Part shown: positions 8,625 to 20,960 of the stretch, one piece after another | How the letters are laid out: each line of letters opens with the position of its first letter | Numbering within the stretch: the stretch's first letter is position 1 | Source: a virus | Lineage: Duplodnaviria; Caudoviricetes | Length of the DNA: 57,441 bases | IMG/VR virus record: IMGVR_UViG_3300032267_000867 | Span: 1-57,441 of that record | Direction: 5' to 3' (one strand) | The notes under the pieces: model-generated | The model's input: only the letters and a program-made list of their open reading frames with translations | Databases searched by the model: none | Told to the model about the DNA's origin: nothing | Position numbers and translations under genes: made by a program

Positions 8625-8976
8625 ATGGGCGGTGCAAAACCCTAATTCGCACAAACCCGACGCCGGTGATGTGCAGGCGCTTCGCGGCTTCGTGCGACAG
8701 GTCCAGAATTCTCGATGAAACGTATGGCCCCCGGTCATTGATTCGCACGACCACAGACCTATCGCGGTGCATTACCTCGACGATGGTGCCAAACGGCAGG
8801 CACCGGGAAGCTGCGGTTAAGGCGGTGCTTCGGAAAGGCTCCCCGGATGCGGTGGGGCGTCCATTGTGGCTGGCGCCATACCATGACGCCAGCCCGGTTG
8901 GTGGGCACCGTGGCGACGCCTGGGCGGCACCAGCGGCGAAGATCAGGGTGGCTAGGGCCACCCTGGCGCCACTCAT
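8623..8976 (-). CDS. rlpA: RlpA-like (DPBB) lytic transglycosylase with signal peptide
   Basis: GLASWYG, TASGEPF, LTAAS, VRINDRGPY, RILDLS; hydrophobic N-terminus ending in AQA. Confidence 0.85.
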   Translation of the reverse strand: MSGARVALATLIFAAGAAQASPRCPPTGLASWYGASHNGRPTASGEPFRSTALTAASRCLPFGTIVEVMHRDRSVVVRINDRGPYVSSRILDLSHEAAKRLHITGVGFVRIRVLHRP

Positions 8977-9176
8977 GGCGGAGCCTCCGTTACTCGGCCA
9001 ATCGTAATATTGCTCTGCGCGCGGATGTCCTTATTGCTCCAGGACCAGCATTGTCCGTCATAATCGAACACGACCCAGAGCAGATCGTGCTCGATCCCAT
9101 AATCAATCACCATTTGCGCCATGCCTTTGCCGTGCGGCGTGCGGACGGGGATGGGCGGGTTGAGTTGAGTGATCAT
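8973..9176 (-). CDS. Hypothetical phage protein
   Basis: ATGA-coupled, GGAGG RBS; QLNPPIPV...IDYGIEHDLLWVVF. Confidence 0.7.
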   Translation of the reverse strand: MITQLNPPIPVRTPHGKGMAQMVIDYGIEHDLLWVVFDYDGQCWSWSNKDIRAQSNITIGRVTEAPP

Positions 9177-9412
9177 GGCTTCACCTCCAGGGCTGCGCGG
9201 ATGCTTTCCATGGTGGCATTCCAGAGATTGGCCGTCTCAACTGCCGTAAGTTGATCCGATGCCATGCCTTCCATTGCCGCTTCGGCGTGCTGAAGCGCCT
9301 CCCGCAGCCGTTCAATTTCATTGGCTGCTGCCGTCATTACATCAGACGCCGCGTCCTCCTGCTCTCCTTTGCCGCATAATTTAAATGCCCAATATCTGAG
9401 TAGCTCGCTCAT
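9173..9412 (-). CDS. Hypothetical protein
   Basis: ATGA-coupled on both sides; AAANEIERLR coiled-coil motif common in phage accessory genes. Confidence 0.65.
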   Translation of the reverse strand: MSELLRYWAFKLCGKGEQEDAASDVMTAAANEIERLREALQHAEAAMEGMASDQLTAVETANLWNATMESIRAALEVKP

Positions 9413-9723
9413 GGCTTCACCCCCGGCGCTGCTGCGACCATGGCGCGGTATAAAGCCACGATCCCATGGCCATGCGCACTTGATGCATGTCCTGCATCAA
9501 ACATTTCCTCAGTCGGCTCTACCGGCACCACGGCCCACCCTGCCGCGCGGATGGCGGCGAGGGCGGCAGTAGTAGCGTCATCCAGCCGCCGACGCTCCAA
9601 AGCGCCCAGCCGGTTGAGGGGATTTCCGCTCATGTGTGGCGAGTTGTTCATAGAGAAATGCTTCGCCATTGCCATTGCCATCATCTCCACCAGTTCGGCT
9701 TCGTCTTTTGCTGGTTCGCTCAT
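9409..9723 (-). CDS. Hypothetical protein (Ead/Eaa-like VPVEPTEEM motif)
   Basis: Likely start MSEPAK at 9723; GWAVVPVEPTEEM...YRAMVAAAP. Confidence 0.65.
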   Translation of the reverse strand: MSEPAKDEAELVEMMAMAMAKHFSMNNSPHMSGNPLNRLGALERRRLDDATTAALAAIRAAGWAVVPVEPTEEMFDAGHASSAHGHGIVALYRAMVAAAPGVKP

Positions 9724-10100
9724 TCCACAATCCCCCAATGGCTGATGCTTGCAGGTTCTGCTGTCCCCGGCTCCCACCAGCGCAGCATGGCGCGGATGGC
9801 GCGGGGGAGTTCCATGTCGCGTTCGTACCGGCGCATTTCATTCGGGTATTCGTCTCGATAAGGATACGAGCCGCTGGCATTTTCCGCCAATTCCTCGACA
9901 GCCTCCTCCATCAGAGGGCGCACCTGCTCAAGCCTCACACGCATCGCCTGCAACATCTGCATATGCTCGCGCAGGCTGCTGCTGGCACCCTCGATGTAAT
10001 TGGCGGCGTCGTTCAGCAGAGCCTGATTGTGGGACACATAAAACCCCGCCATAAAGCGCAGGCCGTCGATCATCTCGGGGACGGTTCGCATCTTGTTCAT
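9720..10100 (-). CDS. Hypothetical protein
   Basis: Likely start MNKMRT at 10100; ATGA overlaps on both sides. Confidence 0.6.
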   Translation of the reverse strand: MNKMRTVPEMIDGLRFMAGFYVSHNQALLNDAANYIEGASSSLREHMQMLQAMRVRLEQVRPLMEEAVEELAENASGSYPYRDEYPNEMRRYERDMELPRAIRAMLRWWEPGTAEPASISHWGIVE

Positions 10101-10360
10101 ACCCCCGCCTCGATCCGCATGGCGCTGGCCAAATAGTGTTTGGCGAGCACCTCGCGCCCATATGCCATATGCTCTGCGGCGATGGCCTGTAGCATCACGG
10201 AGACGTGAGCATCCAGCGCCGCCGGAATTCCGGGGTGGCAATGCCCAACGCGTGCGATGGTCATGGCGATCTTGGTGGCCTCGTCGCGCATTTCCTCGGC
10301 GCATTTGAGGTAGCGGGCATCGACGGACGTGACAGCCATTTTCTGAAGATTCTCCATCAC
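10097..10360 (-). CDS. Hypothetical protein
   Basis: Tightly coupled ORF in the minus-strand operon. Confidence 0.55.
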   Translation of the reverse strand: MMENLQKMAVTSVDARYLKCAEEMRDEATKIAMTIARVGHCHPGIPAALDAHVSVMLQAIAAEHMAYGREVLAKHYLASAMRIEAGV

Positions 10361-10563
10361 AAAAACCCCACGACCATCTTAATGTATTGCAGATCGTGCC
10401 GGGCGGCGTCGTCGTCGCCGTTGGAACGGTGGGTGAGGTATTCCGCCACCGTAGCCAGCACCTCGCGGGCCACTTCGGGATTGGCGGGCGTTTCGCGGCT
10501 GATTTGTTTGACGCGCTGCGCCATTTCCAAATCCACCAGCTTGATGGGTAGGGGGTTATCCAT
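10357..10563 (-). CDS. Hypothetical protein
   Basis: Likely start MDNPLP at 10563 with GGAAGGA RBS. Confidence 0.55.
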   Translation of the reverse strand: MDNPLPIKLVDLEMAQRVKQISRETPANPEVAREVLATVAEYLTHRSNGDDDAARHDLQYIKMVVGFL

Positions 10564-10840
10564 GTGTTTCGTCCTTCCGTGATGTTGCGAGGTAGATAGC
10601 CTTGCCGCCCGCACCCAGGCGGCTTTTCCGGTAGAATTCAATTGGGCCATAGAGCGCGCATTTGATTTGCAGGTTGCGCATCATGGCCATGGCCGACTGC
10701 CTCCATGTTCTGGGGCGCTCGGCTTTGGTGAGGTAGATCGCGTCGGCCAGCGCCTCCAAAGGCACTTCCTCGCCGCACCGCGCGGCGAGGAATTTAACCG
10801 CGCGAGCTTCGTGCGGCGTGAAGTGCAGGTCGAGTTTCAT
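10556..10840 (-). CDS. Winged-helix DNA-binding protein (OmpR C-terminal-like)
   Basis: FTPHEARAVKFLAARCGEEVPLEALADAIY resembles effector wHTH domains. Confidence 0.55.
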   Translation of the reverse strand: MKLDLHFTPHEARAVKFLAARCGEEVPLEALADAIYLTKAERPRTWRQSAMAMMRNLQIKCALYGPIEFYRKSRLGAGGKAIYLATSRKDETHG

Positions 10841-10868
10841 TTAAAACTTTCCAAAAATGCGAGGGGTT

Positions 10869-10893
10869 CCCCCGACTTTCGTCGGGGGTTTTT
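10869..10893 (+). terminator. Hairpin with plus-strand T-tract (antisense terminator or minus-strand stabiliser)
   Basis: CCCCCGAC-TTTC-GTCGGGGG-TTTTT; GAAA loop on the minus strand. Confidence 0.55.
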
Positions 10894-10895
10894 GC

Positions 10896-11240
10896 TCAAA
10901 AGTTGTAATCGTAAAATTTGACCGGCTTGTCGCCCAGCGAGTAGCGATTGTCGTGGGCGTCATACCACTGACTATCGCGGCGCAGGCGGATGCGGATAAC
11001 CTTGCGTTCCAAGTCGCTGCTGATGAACCACTTCTGGTCGCGCTGGTTTACCACCGTGCCGAAGAACCCACCGGGCACAAAGTCCATTTTCCAAGAATCG
11101 TCGCGGTCGGCCTTCATCGCGCGGATTTCGATGGTCTTGGGGCTGATCTGGCGGATAACTTCGTAGGGGTTCACATCGCTGTAGCCGAGCTTGTTGGCGT
11201 AGGGGGCGACGGTCATGGTGGTGTTGGTTGCGGTGGTCAT
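10896..11240 (-). CDS. Hypothetical phage protein with its own promoter
   Basis: AGAGAAAGGA RBS; YSDVNPYEVIR...C-terminal FYDYNF. Confidence 0.75.
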   Translation of the reverse strand: MTTATNTTMTVAPYANKLGYSDVNPYEVIRQISPKTIEIRAMKADRDDSWKMDFVPGGFFGTVVNQRDQKWFISSDLERKVIRIRLRRDSQWYDAHDNRYSLGDKPVKFYDYNF

Positions 11241-11247
11241 TGGGTGG

Positions 11248-11318
11248 GTTCCTTTCTCTCAGGCGTCGTTGCCTGGAGATTTTATAAACCCACCCCGGAA
11301 AAAAGAAAATAGCCTTTC
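11248..11318 (-). promoter_or_regulatory. Early-type promoter-hairpin-RBS cassette
   Basis: 20-mer GAAAGGCTATTTTCTTTTTT identical to 54764-54783; TATAAA -10; CAGGC/GCCTG hairpin; GAAAGGAAC RBS. Confidence 0.6.
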
Positions 11319-11362
11319 CGCCTAAATCGGAAGATTTTTTTGACAAAAATGCAGGGACGGGT

Positions 11363-11584
11363 TCAGCCGTCGTCCGGCATCAACACGTTGCCGATTTTGA
11401 CATAAAGACCCATGGCCACCGCAGATGACGGCGGCACGCTGGCGTAGCCAATTTGTTTCGCCGTTTCGTAAACGATCATCATCACGGTGGGATTGCGTGA
11501 CAACACCTCTTCCAACGCCTTTCGCGCGGAAGCTGCAATCAGGCAATTGTCAGGGTCAATCTTTTCGATCTTCTCGCTCTTCAC
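11363..11584 (-). CDS. Hypothetical protein
   Basis: GTGA-coupled to the phosphoesterase gene. Confidence 0.6.
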   Translation of the reverse strand: MKSEKIEKIDPDNCLIAASARKALEEVLSRNPTVMMIVYETAKQIGYASVPPSSAVAMGLYVKIGNVLMPDDG

Positions 11585-12594
11585 GCGGAACGTCCCGCTT
11601 TGACGCGAATGCGCGGCTTACCGGCTAATTGCTGGCCGCGAAACCACGCGACCCCATTTACAATTTCGCACAATTCTGGCGGCATAAGCTCTCCGTCCTT
11701 CCATGTTAAAACGGCAAAGCCGGGATTCCAAAGTCTGGTATTGCCTTGCATGTAGCCAAAACATGGCCATGCTGGATCAGCCAACATGCCAATCTGCACG
11801 CCATATCGGCGCCCGCGCATATCGACCATTGGTTTCACTTCCAACGAGTGCGTATCGCCGGAAACAAAAGAAACGCCTGCTTTGACCGCGTTATTCCATC
11901 CCGCATGAATTCCGCCGTGGAACCTGTGCATCACAACGGAGTCGTTCAAATCCAGTCGATGACACATTTTCCAATCTGGAAATTGCCCGGCGAAGTCAAA
12001 TCCATCCACGCCTTCAAACATAGCAGCATTTAACGCTAAATATTTATCGAACCGATCATCATGATTGCCGCGCACCCAAAATCTCAACGCGCGCGGCGCT
12101 AGTCCCATAATATCGTCGAGATGCTGTTTGGCCGCGCTTAGTTCTTCTTTGACTTTGACGCGACGATTCCACCCCAGCGGGTCATGGCGCGATGGTTCGC
12201 CCATATCCACCAAATCGCCCACACTCAGCAAAATATCGGGCTGCACCAGAGGAATGGCGCGCAATAGCGCTTCATGCGCTAAGCTGCGGGGCTGTGACAG
12301 CGACGTCCAATGCGCATCGCTAAAAGCCACCGCAACGGCGTTTAAATGGTTGATTTTTAACGTCAATTCGCATTCCGGTGGATTATCCGGATCATACGCC
12401 ACCGCCATCGCCTTGTGCGCTTTGCGCACATCGGGCTTGTTGAAACGACTGAGCGCCGCTTCGTATTGATTTGCAGCGGTTTTATTGCTCATCGGCGGTA
12501 TAAATGACCGCGCCGCTGCCGTCACATTGCCGTGCAGCATCACCGCGTTATAGACTGGTTCTATGTCGCTCCACTGGTAAGCGGGCTGTGCCAT
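11581..12594 (-). CDS. Calcineurin-like metallophosphoesterase
   Basis: SDAH, GDLVD, GNHDDR, VMH and GDTH metal-binding motifs. Confidence 0.85.
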   Translation of the reverse strand: MAQPAYQWSDIEPVYNAVMLHGNVTAAARSFIPPMSNKTAANQYEAALSRFNKPDVRKAHKAMAVAYDPDNPPECELTLKINHLNAVAVAFSDAHWTSLSQPRSLAHEALLRAIPLVQPDILLSVGDLVDMGEPSRHDPLGWNRRVKVKEELSAAKQHLDDIMGLAPRALRFWVRGNHDDRFDKYLALNAAMFEGVDGFDFAGQFPDWKMCHRLDLNDSVVMHRFHGGIHAGWNNAVKAGVSFVSGDTHSLEVKPMVDMRGRRYGVQIGMLADPAWPCFGYMQGNTRLWNPGFAVLTWKDGELMPPELCEIVNGVAWFRGQQLAGKPRIRVKAGRSA

Positions 12595-12606
12595 GGTTGA
12601 TAATCC

Positions 12607-13149
12607 TCATTTTGCAGGGGTTTCATCCAGAGCAGCCTTTGCTTTTGTCCACCGTGCAATGCGATCATCCCGCCCATTAAATCCGCCATTCACTCTGCGG
12701 GTGATGTCATCAAACCGTCCAGCGTCGGCTAACTCATTTAATTTTCTGTCGTTCCACCACCACGCGGCGCTTGTTCCAGCACCTTCCGCCGTTTCCAGCC
12801 ACGCGCAAAACACGTCCAACGCCATGTCAGGCTTCAGCGCATCCCGCGCCGCCGTTGTGTTTGCACGCCCTGTTATTTGAATGGCTCCACGGCCCCGAAA
12901 ACGCAGACCGTCGCCTTTCTCCGTGTTGCCCAGGTCGCGCCGCCCCTCATACTTCGCCTGCGCTTCCGTCGGCCCCCATATTTCTCGGGTGAATTTTCCG
13001 CCGCCACTCTCGTGTCCAACCTGCGCCAAAAAGGCGGCGATCCGGTCCTTGGTGTCGATGCCATACGTCGGGCAGGCGGCGGCGAAAGACGCTGCCCAGG
13101 CATCCGGATACACCCAGCCCAGTTGCTTCATCAGCGCCGTGGTGATCAT
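12607..13149 (-). CDS. Endolysin, glycoside hydrolase family 19
   Basis: Start MITTAL at 13149; FLAQVGHESGG, YEGRRDLGN, FRGRGAIQITGRAN, VNGGFNG. Confidence 0.9.
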   Translation of the reverse strand: MITTALMKQLGWVYPDAWAASFAAACPTYGIDTKDRIAAFLAQVGHESGGGKFTREIWGPTEAQAKYEGRRDLGNTEKGDGLRFRGRGAIQITGRANTTAARDALKPDMALDVFCAWLETAEGAGTSAAWWWNDRKLNELADAGRFDDITRRVNGGFNGRDDRIARWTKAKAALDETPAK

Positions 13150-13661
13150 TTTTGCAGCCGCTGAATGATGCCGTCCTTGGCCCGGCTGCCAGCCGAAGAG
13201 CCGAAATAGTAGGTGATCACACCGCCCCATGCGCTACCCAGTGCCCCCAGCATAACAAGCAACGCTTCCGACGCGCCATTGGACGGCAACCCGAATTTCA
13301 GCATCCAGAACAACACGCCGAAATAGCCCGTCGTCACAAGCCCGGCCAGCACCTTTGGCGCCCAGTCGTGAGTTTTGATTTCCCGGTTTCGTGCGCTGTT
13401 TCGATCTTCGCCAGCAAGGCGTTCCAGGTCGATGTCCAACTCCCGCATGTGGATCAGGAATTCCTGCTCCGCCTTTTTGAGCGCGAGAAGCTGCTCCGGG
13501 GTGGCGTTTTGCATCGCCGCCGCTATCTGCTCCTCCGATCCATCGGGACGCCCTAGGACGGCGTTGCTCACGGCGGTGACGGCCATGCCCGCTAGCGGGC
13601 CACCTAGCGCCGTGGCAATGGATGGCGCCACGGTGCGGATGATGTTCAGGATTTTGTCCAT
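13146..13661 (-). CDS. Holin (3TM / GTA-holin-like)
   Basis: VAPSIATALGGPLAG, two C-terminal TM segments, YYFGSSAGS; directly upstream of the endolysin. Confidence 0.75.
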   Translation of the reverse strand: MDKILNIIRTVAPSIATALGGPLAGMAVTAVSNAVLGRPDGSEEQIAAAMQNATPEQLLALKKAEQEFLIHMRELDIDLERLAGEDRNSARNREIKTHDWAPKVLAGLVTTGYFGVLFWMLKFGLPSNGASEALLVMLGALGSAWGGVITYYFGSSAGSRAKDGIIQRLQK

Positions 13662-13663
13662 GG

Positions 13664-15355
13664 TCAGTCCTCCATGTAGAATTTTAGATTGGTCTTCAGC
13701 CGCTCGTCGTCCGGTGCCAAGGCCAGCGCCAATTGCCCTTGTTCAATGGCGACTGACTTCATGCCTAAGCGATACGCTGCAATAGCAGCATGGTCATGCG
13801 GTTGCGCGCCCCAAACTGCGGGATCAGATGAAAATGTGATGACTTTGATTGTGATCGCCAGCGCCCGCATGGCGTAGGCGAAGGATTCCGCCCACCGGCC
13901 CTGCCGGTAACACAACACCGAAAGCTCGCACCAAGGCTCCCGGGTGTTGGGTTCCTCCAGCGAAGCCAGTTGGAATTCCTTCTCCGCCTTGGCCTGCTCG
14001 CCCAATTGCCAATAGCATCGGCCCCGGGTCCGATAGGCAAAAGATCGGTTGTTTGGCCATTTGGCGCTGGGCATGGCGAGATAATGCGCGAAGGCGTCCA
14101 CGCATTCCTGATGCTGCGCGTGATAGTAAAGCTCGCGGGCGTAGTAAAATGCGCTGCGCTCACAGTTCGTGTCCTCGTCCCGCGCCGCCTTCAGCATGTC
14201 CAGGTATTGACCACGGCTTTTGGTCGGGTCGGGCAGGTGCTTCATCAACAGCTTGTCGGTGTCCACCCACGCCTCTGTAATGCGCTTATCCGCCGTGATG
14301 TATTCGTGGCAGAGATACGCCCACCGATAGCCGTGGCGGGAGTGAATTTTCTCGTTCTGGAAAATCAGCCCTTGGCCGCAGTCAAACGGGTAGCGCATCC
14401 GCGTCGTCTCGCCCAACTGCCAGAGGCGTTCTATTTCCTCTCGCCAGCCGGGTTCCAACACCTCATCCAGATCGACGCTGACACACACGTCGATGTCGGC
14501 AGGCACCAGGGCTAAGGCGGCGTTGCGTGCCACGTCGAACCGCCAGGGCCGCACGGAGATGGTATGCACCAGCGCGCCGCACCTCACGGCCAGTTCCGCC
14601 GTCTCATCCGTGCTGCCGGTGTCGGCAATCACGATGGCGTCGGCGTCCCGGGCGGCTTCGCAAAAGCGTTCTACAAATTGTGCCTCATTTTTGGCGATAG
14701 CGTAAACAGCGATTTTCAAGGGTGGCCTCGTTATCAAGCCCCAGCGCGTGGCGTATTGGGGGCGGTTTGCGACGATCCATGGCCGCGCCTCGTCGATGTG
14801 GCGCTGGTTGTCGTGCCCGATGGTGGACGATCCGACGTGATGCACATAGGCACGCGACACAAAATGCTGATAGCCCAGCGCCGAAAGGTCGGCGCACTGC
14901 ACGTCGTCCGAATACCAGTTGATTGGCGGAAACGGTGCGGCTTCAAAAGCCTCACGACTAATCCAAGCCAAGATGGGCGAGACGGCCTCAACCTCCACCG
15001 GGTCGGGATTCCGCATATGGTGAATGTTCTGGCAGTAGCGCACGGAGTCGGATCGCGCGGCGACAAGGCCAAGGCGCGGCACCGTAGCGCGCAGGGTGGC
15101 TACATCCTCCATCAGCACGCGGATGGTCGAGGGGTTCAAAACGATGTCGTCGTTGGCAATCAGGATTTCGTCGTGCGTCTCAAATGCTTTTTGCATTGCA
15201 TAATTGTATGCGGCGCCGAAATTGCCGTGGCCGGTGCGGAAGACCTGCAATTCGGTTTGTAGCGCGCCGTAGGCGTGGACGCTCTCGCGCATCACGGTCA
15301 GCGGCGAAGGCCCGGAGCCTTCAAGCCGCGTCGTACAAACTACCAGCGGAATCAC
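13664..15355 (-). CDS. Tandem GT2-GT2 glycosyltransferase with TPR repeats
   Basis: Domain 1: ILIANDDI, WYSDD, VHHVGS. Domain 2: YAIAKNE, ADTGSTD, WRFDVARN, VDLDE. C-terminal TPR-like helices. Confidence 0.85.
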   Translation of the reverse strand: MIPLVVCTTRLEGSGPSPLTVMRESVHAYGALQTELQVFRTGHGNFGAAYNYAMQKAFETHDEILIANDDIVLNPSTIRVLMEDVATLRATVPRLGLVAARSDSVRYCQNIHHMRNPDPVEVEAVSPILAWISREAFEAAPFPPINWYSDDVQCADLSALGYQHFVSRAYVHHVGSSTIGHDNQRHIDEARPWIVANRPQYATRWGLITRPPLKIAVYAIAKNEAQFVERFCEAARDADAIVIADTGSTDETAELAVRCGALVHTISVRPWRFDVARNAALALVPADIDVCVSVDLDEVLEPGWREEIERLWQLGETTRMRYPFDCGQGLIFQNEKIHSRHGYRWAYLCHEYITADKRITEAWVDTDKLLMKHLPDPTKSRGQYLDMLKAARDEDTNCERSAFYYARELYYHAQHQECVDAFAHYLAMPSAKWPNNRSFAYRTRGRCYWQLGEQAKAEKEFQLASLEEPNTREPWCELSVLCYRQGRWAESFAYAMRALAITIKVITFSSDPAVWGAQPHDHAAIAAYRLGMKSVAIEQGQLALALAPDDERLKTNLKFYMED

Positions 15356-15585
15356 TTATCGGCTTTCTTATCCAGCTTTTCAAAGATCGCCTTCAGCATG
15401 TCTTTCATTTCGCCAATGTCCTGGCGGTAATCGGACTTGCTGACATAAGAGACATGCATCTCGCGCTCAAGCCTGATCAGGCTTTCCTTCAACGATCCAA
15501 TAGCGTCCCAGACTGTCTTGAGTAACCAGCCGAAGCCGGCCACCCCAAGAGACATCATGGCGTTGAAAATGTCTTGCTGGCTCAT
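15352..15585 (-). CDS. Small single-TM membrane protein (possible lysis accessory)
   Basis: Start MSQQDIF at 15585; N-terminal TM segment plus coiled coil, YVSKSDY. Confidence 0.6.
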   Translation of the reverse strand: MSQQDIFNAMMSLGVAGFGWLLKTVWDAIGSLKESLIRLEREMHVSYVSKSDYRQDIGEMKDMLKAIFEKLDKKADK

Positions 15586-16052
15586 TTTAGCATCTCCGGC
15601 CAAATAATATCCCAGGGAAACCCCGGTTGAGACGGCACGTCTCGCAGAGCTTGCCTGTAGGTGGCAACGTCGAAGTCGAGGCCGTTGCCTTCCTCGAGGG
15701 CCTTGATCACGCGCCAGTCGGTGGCGGCGAGGCGGGCATTGCGATCTGCCCGAACCGAAGCCGCTTGCTGGTCGGTCATGGCGTCAATCTCGGCCTGCGG
15801 GATGGCTTCGACAGCCCACTGCTGAATCCAAGATTGCCCGTCATACAACGGGGCAATCTCAACCATGCGCTGCGTCAAAACATCAACCATCGGCTGAGCC
15901 GAGTAATGGACCGGGAACACGTTCCATTCGGCCAGACTGGCAGGCGACAGAATGCCATTCGGGAAACTTGTCGAAGGGGTGTCCCGCATCAGATCAGTCT
16001 GCGTGTAAGGATACGCAACAATCTGATTGTCGATGGCTTTGACGTAGAGCAT
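15582..16052 (-). CDS. Tail fibre assembly chaperone
   Basis: VRADRNARLAATDW...YRQALRDVPSQPGFPWDIIWP. Confidence 0.85.
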   Translation of the reverse strand: MLYVKAIDNQIVAYPYTQTDLMRDTPSTSFPNGILSPASLAEWNVFPVHYSAQPMVDVLTQRMVEIAPLYDGQSWIQQWAVEAIPQAEIDAMTDQQAASVRADRNARLAATDWRVIKALEEGNGLDFDVATYRQALRDVPSQPGFPWDIIWPEMLK

Positions 16053-16053
16053 C

Positions 16054-16323
16054 TTAGTCTCCTAGTTGCTGCTTCAGCACCGCCAGCATCACCTTGGCCT
16101 TCTTCTGCTCTAGCCGCTCAGAGGCGAGAAGGCCAGTCAACTGATCGACAAAGCCAGACAGTTCAGCGCGGTCAATGCTGTTCATGGCGGCGATGGTTGC
16201 CAGCGCCAGCGTGTAGTTGTCGATGTTGATCTGGTAATGCATCACCTCTTGCTCGCGGGCTTCAAGGTTGACGGCGAGGATTTCCTCGCGGGTCTTCGGG
16301 GTTTCTTTAGTGGTATCGGTCAC
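16054..16323 (-). CDS. Hypothetical coiled-coil protein
   Basis: AGGAG RBS, GTG start; helical. Confidence 0.65.
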   Translation of the reverse strand: MTDTTKETPKTREEILAVNLEAREQEVMHYQINIDNYTLALATIAAMNSIDRAELSGFVDQLTGLLASERLEQKKAKVMLAVLKQQLGD

Positions 16324-16332
16324 TTATCTCTC

Positions 16333-18380
16333 CTAAGTGATTGTGTTGAAGGCTACGCCAAGGCCGCTGCCTGCCGGCAAGGTGCTTGGGTTTGCATATT
16401 TCGTTCCAAAACCAGAACTAGACCAAGGGTATGCGGTTACATACGGGCTTGTGTTGTGGGCAAAAGCAATACTTGCTCCATCTAAACTAAAAGCAACGTC
16501 AAACGTAGTACCGGTAGGTGAAGTGGCTGGATCAGAATATTTAGTTCCAAATCCCGACCCTGACCAAGAATAAACCGAAACATATGGCGCAGTGCTAGAT
16601 TGGGCAATAGCAATTGCAGAACTGCTTGGATTAAATGCTACGCCATCCCCTGTACCAGTCGGTAATGTGGCCGGATCAGAATACTTGGTTCCAAACCCAG
16701 AACCGGACCATGGGTATGTTGATACAAATGGCGTTGATGAATGTGCTACAGCAATTGAAATCCCATCGGGACTAAACGCCACGTCATTTCCTTGGCCTGT
16801 TGGTAAAGTTGCTGGATTAGAGTATTTAGTCCCGAACCCAGAACCTGACCACGGATAGGCTGATATAAATGGTGTAGTGGCGTGAGCAACAGCAATTGCC
16901 GCGCTACTAGGGCTAAACGCCACACCATATCCGGTGCTGGCAGGAAGGGTGGCGGGGTTAGAGTATTTGGTGCCAAAGCCGCTTGATGACCATGGATATG
17001 CTGTCACATATGGCGATGTGACATGCGCCACAGCAACCGAAGCCCCATCTGGGCTGAACGCCACGCCATCTCCATTGCCTGTTGGTAAGGTGGCAGCGTT
17101 GGCGTATTTGGTGCCAAAGCCGCTTGAAGACCACGGATATGCCGTCACAAATGGCGTTGTGGTATGGGAAACAGCAATTGCCGAGCGATTTGGGCTAAAT
17201 GCTACGCCGCTTCCCTGACCTGTTGGCAACGTCACCGGATTGGCATATTTTGATCCAAACCCACTAGAAGACCATTGATACACCGACACATACGGCGTTG
17301 TTTGGTGAGAAACAGCAATCTGCTGAACCGGAAACCCGCCGGATGTGAAGGCGACGGCATAACCATCGCTACTCACGGCAGTTGATGGATTGGCGTATTT
17401 CGCCCCGAAGCCGCTTGAGGACCACGCATAGACTGCGATGTTGGGGCTGGTACTATGCGCCACAGCAAGGGCTGTAGCGTCTCCGCTAAAAGCAACGCCG
17501 AGCCCCGTGCTGGTGGGAAGCGTGGATGGGTTTGCGTATTTGGTTCCAAAGCCGCTTGATGACCATGGATACGCATATATATATGGTGTTGCGTTTGTTG
17601 TCACAGCAATAGCGTCGTTGTTAGGGCTGAAAGCCACGCCATTTCCATTAAATCCACCCGGCAGAGTTGCAGGGTCAGAGTATTTAGTTCCAAACCCAGA
17701 ACCTGACCATGGGTATGCTGTTATGTATGGGCTGTCATCGTGCGCGACAGCTATTGCGGTTCCAGAAGGACTGAATGCGACGCTTCTGCCAGTGTTTGTT
17801 GGCAAAGTTGCAGGGTCAGAGTATTTAGTTCCAAAGCCAGAGCCTGACCATTGGTAAGCTAAAATGTAGGGACTGGAACCATTTGCAACAGCAATTGCAG
17901 AGCCGTTTGGGCTGAATGCAACGCCAGAGCTACTGTTTGTTGGCAAAGTTGCAGGGTCAGAGTATTTAGTTCCAAAACCAGAACCTGACCATGGGTATGC
18001 TGTTATGTAGGGGCTGCTGATGTGGGCTACGGCAATTGCAGAGCCATCAGGACTAAATGCGACGCCCCGAACGTCGTCTACCGGCAACGTCGCTGGATTA
18101 AAATATTTAACTCCATAACCATTACCTGACCACGGATACGCATAAATATAAGGGCTTGAGTCTGTACCCACAGCAATTGCCGATCCAGTCGGGCTGAAAG
18201 TTACAGAAAAATTAGTTCCAGCAGGAGAAGCGGTGGGATTAGTATACCTTGCTCCAAACCCACTGGCATTGGTCCACGGATACGCAAAAACGCCCGTCGT
18301 ACTGCCACACACAGCAATCGCCCGAGACGCCACTAGGTTTGGCGTGAAGCCTGCGACCTGAGTTGTATTCGCGCTAAACA

Positions 18381-18381
<1 letters not shown>
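16333..18381 (-). CDS. Double 7-bladed beta-propeller, putative fibre-tip adhesin
   Basis: Start MFSANT at 18381 (TAATG overlap); 14 repeats of ~45 aa, VAFSPxGxAIAVAHxxxPYxxAYPWSxSGFGTKYxxPATLP. Confidence 0.8.
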
Positions 18382-20960
<2,579 letters not shown>

